Origin: Octopus vulgaris
Lineage: Eukaryota
Reading direction: 5' to 3'
DNA length: 64,000 bases
Assembly: GCA_951406725.2 (NCBI GenBank)
Contig: OX597814.1
Span: forward strand, 27,776,001-27,840,000
Position numbers and translations under genes: made by a program
Notes under the pieces: generated by a model
Database searches by the model: none
The model's input: the letters and a program-made list of their open reading frames with translations, nothing else
What the model was told of the DNA's origin: nothing
In this document: one piece after another, positions 53,351 to 64,000 of the stretch
Numbering within the stretch: the stretch's first letter is position 1
Layout: each line of letters begins with the position of its first letter

Positions 53351-54143
53351 TTGTTTTATATAAGCTTACAAGCATAATCTGTTTTTAGCTTTCATCAATC
53401 TTCTTGGTTTCGTCTATAATACAGAGTCTGTGACTAGGAGGGTCATAAGGGGTTTAGAAACTTTGAAAACAATCAGTGAACATGATTTCTAGAACAGTTG
53501 CTGGTGTTCTGCCGAAGCCGACTAATGTGTACACTGAGACTTAACGTTCCGTTTCTGCTACTTACTTATTTTTTTATTATATCAGTCAATATGTTTTCTT
53601 TGATAGAAACGGTTCGTTAGCAGCAATACTGCTACAAAGACTCACCATAGTTATTCAAAAGCTTTGATCTGAAATCTGGAGCACTCCTAGTTTCATTCTC
53701 TTTCTTTATATCAATCAATCAGGTGACCAGTAAATACCAATAAATCAATCGGTCAGTCTATCTGTCTTTTTTTTTATTTCTTTCATTTCCATCCAAAATA
53801 TTTGAATGCGGGAAAAAATTTGATTGGTAAATAACAAGAAAGTAGTAAAAAGAGAGAGAGATAAAGGGGGAGATAAAGGAAGAGAAAGGGACACAAAGAA
53901 GGGAAAGAGTGATAGATTAATTGAAAAGGTGGAGAGACTGATAAAGAAGATATAGACACGAACTGATAAACAGATCAGCATATACAAGGGTGGATGGGTG
54001 GATGGGTGGGTGCGTATACGTGTGTGTGTATGTGTGTATGTTGTGTATGTATATATATGTGTGTATATATGTGTATCTGTTTATATATATTTGTGTGTGT
54101 GTATATATATATATAAATCTGTTTGTATACACCCACATATGCA

Positions 54144-54196
<53 letters not shown>

Positions 54197-54310
54197 ATAT
54201 TTCGGAATGGTCATTTTGCCAGTTTAGCCAATAAAAACACACGCACTATATATTTGGTGTTACTTTGCTTCAGTGTTATTTATTTTTTACATTAATCTTA
54301 ATATTATTTC

Positions 54311-54355
54311 GGCCAGAGTTCTTTCGTCACACTCCTGTGACCGCATCAGTGGTCC
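54311..54355 (-). ncRNA. Minimal hammerhead-like motif (A9C variant) in a (TA)n-flanked element (about 54190-54570)
   Basis: Minus strand GGACCA-CTGATGC-G-GTCAC-AGGAGT-GTGAC-GAAAG-AA-CTC-TGGCC. Confidence 0.65.
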
Positions 54356-54567
54356 TTTGTTTTCTTCTCACTTATTTGTGTCTCTCCTTACTAACCGTCA
54401 GCCATTTTGTATTTCTATTGTATGTCTTCATTTGCGCATGCTTATATCTCTATGTGCGTTTATGTTTATTTAGTATGTGTATGTGGGGGATGCCTGTAAT
54501 ATTTGTATCTTCTGTTTATATATGTTCATGTAATTTGTAATTTTATATGCACAACAAATATTTAAAC

Positions 54568-54633
<66 letters not shown>

Positions 54634-54849
54634 CAAAGAAATTCCAACTCTGTTTTTTATGTTTCATTTATATTCTTTATAATATTAATGTAGAATATAG
54701 AATATATATTACGGAGATGTACTTGCATAGCAAGTGACTTGATCTGAGATCGTGTGCTGGAACGAAAACAATTGCAGCGTGGAAGGTGTTTTATAAGCCA
54801 TTTAAGAAACACACAAAGCCGTTAGATTCCCTTCAACATTTAAATTTAA

Positions 54850-54900
54850 TTTGTCAAAATATTTTCGTCGCTTTGAGACCGCGACCTGTTCACTGACAAA
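54850..54900 (-). ncRNA. Hammerhead-like motif with compensatory G3:C8 core
   Basis: TTTGTCA-GTGAACA-G-GTCGC-GGTCTCAAA-GCGAC-GAAAATATTT-TGACAAA: 7-bp stem I, 5-bp stem II, palindromic AATATT stem III. Confidence 0.7.
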
Positions 54901-54919
54901 GCTTCGTGCAGCACGAAGC

Positions 54920-54970
54920 TTTCTCAGTGAACAGGTTGCGGTCTCAAAGCGACGAAAATATTTTGACAAA
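54920..54970 (+). ncRNA. Second (inverted) copy of the G3:C8 hammerhead-like motif
   Basis: TTTCTCA-GTGAACA-G-GTTGC..GCGAC-GAAAATATTT-TGACAAA. Confidence 0.65.
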
Positions 54971-55186
54971 TTAAACGGTTTTGTGTTTCTTAAATGGCTT
55001 ATAAACACCTTCCACGCTGCAATAGATAGAATATATAGTATATATAGTATATATAGTAAAATGAAATGAAGTATTGATTGTCTTATTGAATAGATGAAAT
55101 ATTGAATATCAAATATTAAGGGACTAGTATACTTTCTTGCATTTAAACAGTTTTCAAGGTCCCAGGTTGTGACAGGAATGTTTCAA

Positions 55187-55260
<74 letters not shown>

Positions 55261-55418
55261 AAGGAAGGAGCAGATAGACATACACATTGAAATCTGAATT
55301 TTATTATTCCCAGTTACAGTACGACCGTATAAGATCTCAGTTTTTAATTGTAATTAAGTTGTATATATAGTACTGCTTCCTCGTGCAAACGCATGTATAT
55401 GGTGTGCATGTAAATGCT

Positions 55419-55461
<43 letters not shown>

Positions 55462-55464
<3 letters not shown>

Positions 55465-56079
55465 CACGTGATCTAATCAATAAGTAACCAGACTGTTGCT
55501 ATAGTAACGAAGCTAAAACATGCAGAGTCTAGACGCTCGGCACAGATTGACCTTCAACTCTCTTGTGCATGCGCACTAAATTTTAACGTTCTAGCTCACT
55601 TCCGCTCTTTGCAGCAGTGCTTGGAAGGAAGGTGAGTAGTGTGAGCTTGTTGCAATGACTATGGCAGAGTAACTTGAGCAGAGAATCTGCATCAAATTTT
55701 ACCAAAATCGTGGCAATAACTGCGCAGAGGCCTACGCAAAGTTTTCAAAGAAGTTTTCATCGTTCTCGACACATTCAAGGAGATCTTGTGCAACGGAAAT
55801 CCAGTGTCTTTTTGGTCACGCTTCTCATCTCCAATGATAATAGACTGAACTGAACATCCTCTAATCTTCACATCCTCTGATAACTCGCGGATGGTGATTT
55901 GACGATTTCCCCTCACATATGCACACGCATCTGCGATGGCTTTCTCAGCTCTGCTAGTTGCAGGTCTCCCAGAACGTTTGTCAATATCGACATTTTTTCA
56001 GCCATCTTGGAAACATCTGAACCTCTCTTACAATTGTGTGCACCTCATACACTCCTCTCCATACACTTTCTGCAACTTT
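55462..56079. mobile_element. Mariner remnant with an internal inversion
   Basis: Plus strand reads LEQRICIKFYQN..AEAYAK up to ~55743. The continuation LQKVYGEE..RSGRP..NRQITIRELSE lies on the minus strand from 56079 downward. Confidence 0.82.
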
Positions 56080-56179
56080 CCTAGGTCTCTGATATATATA
56101 TTTATATATATATATATAATAATATATCATAATAATATATATTCTCCGATTTGAAGCGACAATTTTTAAGCACAAATAA

Positions 56180-56212
<33 letters not shown>

Positions 56213-56597
56213 TGTATGTATGTATGTATGTATGTATGTATGTATGTATGTATAAAAGTATTTCCAGTTGCAGCTCTCAAGCCGATCGTTATACTGCCTA
56301 CACTGTGTGTATGTGTGTGTGTACTGCAAGAGTGAGAGAAAGAAAAGATTGATAGGAAAATACTCAATCTCGGATTCCCGACTAACACCAAGCTTGACAA
56401 ACGCCCCGCCCCGTATAAGACCTTAATTGTGATGCAGGTCTGAAGATGTGCCACTCTAATGTTTAAAACCGCAAATGTTACTTGACTTTTCACAAGGAAC
56501 TTTTGCGTGAATTGGCGTTCAGAATTGGTATACAGAAGCAGATCATTAAAAATGCGTTAGAGTTTTTCTTTGTCTTCTTCTATAGATTATGTTTGTT

Positions 56598-56667
<70 letters not shown>

Positions 56668-56782
56668 CGTGCGTGTGTGTGTGTGCGCGTGTGTGTGTGT
56701 GTGTGAGTATACTGCGAGAAAGGGAGAGAGAGAGAGAGAGAAAAGACTGATAGGAAAACACTCAAATAGCCAGCTAAAGATA

Positions 56783-56825
<43 letters not shown>

Positions 56826-57300
56826 GGTATGTACATACGTGTATGTACCTAGATACCTACGTCCATACATACATCTATACATTCAGGCATGCGTACATAC
56901 ATGCATGCAGTTAAGACAAAGAGACAGACAGACAGGCGAATAGTCTAGGTGGTGGTGGTGGTGGTAGGGAACGCAAAACTGAGAATAGATACAAAATGTG
57001 ACGGTCAAGGATGCAAACGCACAAAAACTGCTAAAGACAATAGCAACAACAACAACAACGACAATTAAAATGTCGGCTGAAAGAACATCGACAATGTCGG
57101 TTATTACAACAACATAGAAGAGAAAAAGGAACAAAAAAAAAATAATGATACCGGTTAAGACGATGGCACCAATGGGGAAGACAACGATGAAATAGCAATA
57201 ACAGAAACGCTTCACCACCACCACCACCACCACCTGCACCATCATCATCGTCGTCGTCGTCGTCATCATCATCATCATCATCATCAACGATGAAGACGGT

Positions 57301-57331
<31 letters not shown>

Positions 57332-57461
57332 AAATTAATAACAGCCTAACTAGCTCTTGTCTTCTCACAGTGTTCTGGATTACAAGATATTGCAGGAAGA
57401 TGGCCAAAGCTTTAGCCACACCAACATCTCTTTCTTCGGTGTAAAATACAATACATACTAC

Positions 57462-57553
<92 letters not shown>

Positions 57554-58136
57554 GAGAGAGACAGAGAGAGAGACAGAGAGACAGAGAGACAGAGAAAGAG
57601 GTGGAGAGAGAGAAGAGGAGATACAGTTCATAGCCATAGGCGGCAGAAGCACCATGTAATTGACGACAGTTTCATTTTGTGTATAGAGCTTGAGCCTTAA
57701 GGCCTCCAGTAGACAAAGCCCATGCATATGAGAAATGGTGATACAACAGAAGCAGGAAGGGACGGAAAGCTTAAGCGTGCTGTGGAAGGATCTGTTTCAA
57801 CCTGTTTGGCTGCCGTTCTGCGTGACACGTGCAATAACAACGGTAGTCTTCTATATCTGAGGTACGTCCACAGGCACTCAAACTGATGAAAAAGCAAAAT
57901 AGGATAAGAAAGGCAGGAATACAAACAACAGCAGTAGCAGCAACGACGATTATATTAACGATAAAAATAAAATAAAATAAAATAAAAAAAAACTAAATGA
58001 AAAATATCCAGAGTGGGAATTAGTAAGAGTAAATGCGTGATAATAGGAGAGACACAACATGGAAAACGAGAGACAGAGCGAAAGACATGGATAAATAGGC
58101 AACTTCATAGGCAGACAGTTTGAGGGATAAATTGAT

Positions 58137-58186
<50 letters not shown>

Positions 58187-58269
58187 ACACACACACATGC
58201 ATGTGTGTGGTGAGAGAGGACGAGGGAGAGGTAAGTAGGCAGAAAGATGCATAGATAGGCTCATGTTTG

Positions 58270-58775
<506 letters not shown>

Positions 58776-58860
58776 AAAGTTGAAGATAGCTGGCGCGCAG
58801 AATTTTAGTTAAAACCATAAGCAAACTAACAGATGACTAGATAGATAGACAGATAGATAA

Positions 58861-59400
58861 GTTTCTTTATTGGCCACACAGGGCTGCACACAGATGGGAC
58901 AAGTTACAAGGTAGAGCTTTTCTTTTGGGAGATGAAGAGAACAAAAAACAAAAGAAAAAAAAGGGGGTGGCGTAGGATTTCGATTAAGAGGGATCGTAAA
59001 AGGGGAGAAAAGAATAAAAGCAAAAAAAAAAAATTGAATAAAATAAAAAGAATAAAAAGAAAAAAAAAGAAAAGGAAAAGGAACAAAAGGAAAGAGAAAT
59101 GAAAAAAGAAGAAAAAAGGGGAAAAAAAGGGGAAGAGGAAAAAAAGAACGATCAATAGGGATCGTGTATCACAGTGTTATGATATATGATGTAAAGGGGA
59201 AAGCAAGTAAGGTTTATCCGTGGGAAGAAAAGCCTACGAAAAAGACCACGGTAACCTTGATCAATATTGTTATATGTTACCACATTTGTTTGCAAGTGGG
59301 TAACCCTCTGTTTTCAATTTCTGGGTTCATAGGATTATGCTCAAGGTGGCTTCGTCATTCATACGTGGCATCCTTGCTACATTCACCCATCTTTTTTTAA
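58861..59400 (-). mobile_element. Tx1/L1-like LINE 3' end inserted in (TAGA)n
   Basis: Minus-strand ORF end ..KRWVNVARM..L*, a T-rich 3' UTR and an AATAAAGAAAC tail; (TAGA)n on both sides. Confidence 0.72.
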
Positions 59401-59406
59401 AACATT

Positions 59407-59485
<79 letters not shown>

Positions 59486-59636
59486 GTAGACAGGCAGGTA
59501 CCTGGTAGATCTACTGGTCTACTAGGTACCTAGGTAGACAAGTAGATACAAAGGTAGATGTGTAGGCAAACCAATACATTGAATGACTGGATGAGATGTA
59601 GAGTAACAGATAGAAAACTATATAGAGGGACATCTT

Positions 59637-59668
<32 letters not shown>

Positions 59669-60139
59669 TGTATGTATGTATGTATGTATGTATGTATGTC
59701 TATATCAGTGGCGACTCTGGGACTCGAGCTGTTTGAACTTTGCCTGGGTATAAATTTAATAAAGTGAACCTTTATTTGCAAGCTGATTTAATTTCTGCCA
59801 ACACTGACTTCATATGTGTAATTATAGTCAATAACTAGGGCTCCTTTTATTGAGCCTGGTCGCAGTTCAGTTATTTTCTTTCAGCGTCTGGTGGTGGTGT
59901 TAGAGGTGTCCTGTGTCAAAAAATATCATTCGTAGCAGACGTTCCTTCGACATCGTTCACACGCGCCTGACTCGGGCTCGGAAGTTACACTCTGAGTTGT
60001 TATCGATAATCGTAAAAAATTAAAAGTAATTCAAATTCAATGTTTTCTTGAAGCAATAAATTTCTATAGAGACTAAAATTCAAATTCCAGTCTATGAGAA
60101 GTTTCCGTTCTACAATATTCTTAAAGGAACGAAAAATTA

Positions 60140-60823
60140 TCCAGCAACCCGGGCGCTTGACATTTTTATAGAGAACCCAGTTCTCGTCACCAGTCACTAT
60201 TCGGTCAAAAAAAGGTTCATTCGTGAGTCTTGACAGTAGAGAAGAGCACACATTTACTCTCTGCACGCGATTAAACTCAGAAAGTTTGTGAAGAATCCAT
60301 TGACCCAATTTGCTGACGTATCCGATGGCACACAGGTATCGACGAATAGCTAAATGACCAAATCCAAGCTTTTCCGCTAGTTCATCAACTATAGGATTTT
60401 TTTCCCACCAGGATTTGCAGGTCGTCCTCGTCTAGCTCTACAGATCTTCCAGGACGAGGCTGGTCTTTTGGGCTGTAGTTTCCGGCTCGGAATTTCTGGA
60501 ACCACCGTTCACACTGGCTTATGCTTATTGCTCGATCCCCATATACTGCATTAATATTCCTCACACTTTCTGTTACATAGTTGCCTTTATTGAACTCATG
60601 AAGCAAAATATGCCGAACATGCTTCTCCGTCATTTCCATTATAGCTTTGAAAAAAATAACTATTAAAATGGAACTGTACTCTTCAAAACTTGCACTAAGA
60701 ATAAGTACAATGTAATATTACTACCTATCTTTATAGCAAGTTGGTGCAGGTAGTTTATCCCGTCCCCCTCCGACTTTTAGTTCATGCAATTGAAAAGACC
60801 GCATTATTTATAAGCTGACCAAA
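60140..60823 (-). mobile_element. Mariner transposase pseudogene (5' half)
   Basis: MEMTEKHVRHILLHEFNKG..WFQKFRAGN..GQWILHKL..DRIVTGDENWVLY (first D of the DD34D triad); TIR-like end near 60795-60823. Confidence 0.93.
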
Positions 60824-60890
60824 TACATATGCATGTTACGCACACAGGCGCGCAAACATATACATACAAGCATACTCACACACGCACACA

Positions 60891-60943
<53 letters not shown>

Positions 60944-60954
60944 GCACACGTATA

Positions 60955-62352
60955 TATCTGATGATGTAGACGTGTTTTATGCCACCGAAACTTTTGTGTA
61001 GTTGAGTGAAACTGTTATTAAACACATGGAACGTCTACCAAATATATTGAATCTACTTTCTTTTGTTTGTTCAGCCACTCTTCTTTGCGCTCTAATCGCC
61101 TTGGTGCTCTATCCACAACATCAAAATATCTCTAAGGAAGCCTTTGAAGGAACAACATCAAAATATCTCTAAGGAAGCCTTATTCAACACGCCTTATTGA
61201 GAAAACAGCAAGTATAATCAAACGCATATACTGGCAATCCTATTTCTTTCAGAATCCGATCGGCAGCACTTCTGAGAGGAAACATTTCGCTTCAAATCAC
61301 GAAAATACCTTCCATAAATAAAGCACCTTCAGAATTTCGAAAGCTGATTTGATAAACATTATCAAAAACTATGATTTCGACATCATTCTAAAACCCTTTC
61401 TAATTTCTTTAAACAGTTACATGAAACACTTTAGTGGTCATCCGATGTATACATCCTAACTGACAAAACAAAGAACACTGTATACGAAACAAATACCTTC
61501 GCACATCAATTAAACCTTATAAACACCATTTGCAAAATATACAAGAAAGCCAACATCTCAATGACACTAGAGTGAAGGTGCTAGCTATCCTCCTAAAGAT
61601 AGAAGATTGCGTTTATCGACCCGCCACGAGTTCCTCTATATTACGCTTATAGAGAACAAGCCCAACCTACTTTCTAATCTTAATTGTAGGCTAATCAACT
61701 CCTCTAAGGATAAATAGGCATTGTAAGTAAGCGTATACTCGATGCTATCAACTCCTATATCAGAAGGGATACAGGATTTGTTTAATGGCATCAAGAATAA
61801 AATAGCCTGTAAGTTCATCCAGTTCCATATCATGAATTTCTGATCTTCAAAATCGAAATCTCTCCTCCTGAAGGATTTAGTCTTTGGCAAAATTTCATTA
61901 TAATTAATGACTTCTATATCACAATCATTATGAACACCAAAAAATTACGCCTATTTCGCGATGATTCCTGCTTGGTAAAAAAGCAAGGTGAACCACTGAA
62001 CGACGTTTTTATGGGGAGCTACGATAGGACTGATGTTGCTAACCACGTCGGGTTATTTATTCTGAATACGCCAAATAAGCGTACACAACCTCATTGTTCG
62101 GCTCTGTACAGGATTGTTGGTACGCAAATCCCAGGCCATATATTAACGGTCACGCCATGGATAAGTCTACGAAGAATTTTACAAACATTTAAAAAAAATT
62201 CACCATAACTAGCGCAGGAGTGGCTGTGTGGTAAGTAGCTTGCTAACCAACCACATGGTTCCGGGTTCAGTTCCACTGCGTGGCATATTGGGCAAATGCC
62301 TTGTGAGTGGATTTGGTAGACGGAAACTGAAAGAAGTCCGTCGTATATATGC

Positions 62353-62412
<60 letters not shown>

Positions 62413-63475
62413 TTGTGTGTCTCTGTTTGTCCCCCTAGCATTGCTTGACAACCGATGCTGGTGTGTTTACGTCCCCGTCACTTAGCGGTTCAGCAAAAGA
62501 GACCGATAGAATAAGTACTGGGTTTACGAAGAATAAGTCCCGGGGTCGATTTGCTCGACTAAAGGCGGTGCTCCAGCATGGCCGCAGTCAAATGACTGAA
62601 ACAAGTAAAAGAGTAAAAGAGAGAGAGTAACTATAACGTAGCAAAAGTCAACTTCTTGGACGAACTATCTTTACATAGAGTCCAATGAGGAAGCTCTTTA
62701 TGTTTAAAGACAGTGCAACTGCCCCCAACTGCAATTAGAAATCTAGTGACGGGTATTAGCAAAAGAATTCCAGTCTATGACACTAGTAAGGAGTGGCTTC
62801 ACTGTTAAGTTAGTGCCTATGGACTATTCTCCACTCCTACTCCACACCCAAAGCTGAAGAGAGAAAAACAATGGTAACCTGGTTTAACCCTCTATTCAGT
62901 GTGGATGCTTCCACAATTAAATGTAGGAGCTTCCAGACGCTCATTTAAACGCTTCCCAACTACTCGTAGATATAAACTCTTTAATTGCCATAACGTAAAG
63001 ATTAGCTACACATGCGTAGGTAAAATTACTTCCAAAATTGCACTCTACCACAGACACAAACAACCCCAACAAATCTTCATCCTGCACTTCGGCCTGTAAC
63101 TGCTGAATTTCTACCAAACCACTAATGAGAAGGTCCTGCATAGCAACACATTATATGGGCGTGACAACCAACTTTAAAGAATGATACACGCTACACGTGC
63201 TCTCCTTCACATGCAGGGACAGGAAAACTCGACTTCTCTGTTCCATATTGAAATTCTGGAACCATCAAATGACATTCCCAACATCACACGGAGAATCCTT
63301 GACAGGCCCTCCTTATTCACCTGGAGCCTATGATTGGCAACTCTGCCTCGATGAGAAATTGCCCATACTTCACCAACTTGCACTATTCATCAATATAAAA
63401 AGGGCTTAACACATGTACGTCCTGCTAATGAACTTGAAAGCATTGGCTGCTGATAATCCAGATATGCCACCGTGG
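60955..63475 (+). mobile_element. Near full-length decayed Penelope-like retroelement (RT and GIY-YIG), interrupted by SINE A
   Basis: Remnants CRLINSSK, KFIQFHI, DVFMGSYDRTDVANHVGLFIL, VNFLD, KLFNCHNVKISYTC, CNC, YMGVT and QLCLDEK occur in PLE order. CTGATRAT..TATGCCACCG is present at both ends (60958-60987, 63450-63472). Confidence 0.85.
62211..62625 (+). mobile_element. SINE family A inserted in the PLE RT region
   Basis: Consensus match. Confidence 0.93.
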
Positions 63476-63949
63476 GTTTAGCTGGTCTATACACAGTGAC
63501 AGGGTATAAAATTACAACGATTATAGCCTACGACTATCCTCACAAGCCCTCATTTGAGTCACTCAGAATCACATGTAACAGTATCAATCTGTTTGTTCCC
63601 CTCATGCTGTTGTGGCGGAAATTCACTCTACAGAATGACGACTAACTGACGTCAATATTTTATCTTCCCTACTACATGTAGTAGCCATGTAAAGAGCTCA
63701 TGTCACTGCAGCATCATATTCTGCACGATGTCGACGCCAACAGCCACTCTGCTTCAACACATGGACCTACCACTAAAAGAATTGCCGTCACTTTGATAGC
63801 GAAACACTAAACTAGCTAGTGGAGGTCCATTTATCTAGGAGCCATTTTAGGTTTCTTTTTTAAATTTTTTCCCTCTCTGATTTCGAACAGCTGATGGTAG
63901 AGGTATCTTACTCACGAAGCTGTAAGCAACGTGGTTTTAATTTAAACTG

Positions 63950-64000
<51 letters not shown>

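Larger units (their letters stand above)
54771..55023. repeat. Long palindrome (1-nt loop at 54910) in a (TA)n-flanked element
   Basis: ...AAAGCTTCGTGC-A-GCACGAAGCTTT...; the arms extend about 110-140 bp, with one ~25-bp indel. Confidence 0.96.

Noticed and set aside
54802-55069. Mirror ORFs on both strands (SKYFRRFETATCSL..)
   Set aside because: A by-product of the palindrome.

Overview
Eukaryotic, repeat-saturated intergenic or intronic DNA, most likely from an octopus (coleoid cephalopod). That assignment is inferred from the tRNA-derived SINE families, the very dense (TA)n/(CA)n/(TACA)n/(TAGA)n/(CT)n microsatellites and the transposon mix. No intact protein-coding gene is visible, and nearly all ORFs in the track are microsatellite or SINE translations. 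The window holds about 40 copies of three tRNA-SINE families (here A, B, C). It also holds four mariner transposase remnants, hAT/pogo-type MITEs, two non-autonomous Helitrons, fragments of RLE-type, CR1-like and Tx1/L1-like LINEs, and a near full-length decayed Penelope-like element (PLE). The main unexplained signal is a set of at least 8 sequence-unrelated minimal type I hammerhead-ribozyme-like motifs (stem I - CUGANGA-like core - stem II - GAAA - very short, often palindromic stem III - NUH). They lie in short PLE-like elements, mostly beside (TA)n tracts. They include core variants (compensatory G3:C8, U4C, A9C), and two loci fold into long near-perfect hairpins. Other signals are SINE 3'-tail swapping, two SINE/LINE tail partnerships, head-truncated 183-bp SINE multimers, an unclassified GC-rich MITE with an 8-bp TSD, and one candidate coding exon. 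Coordinates were read by eye and may be off by a few bases.
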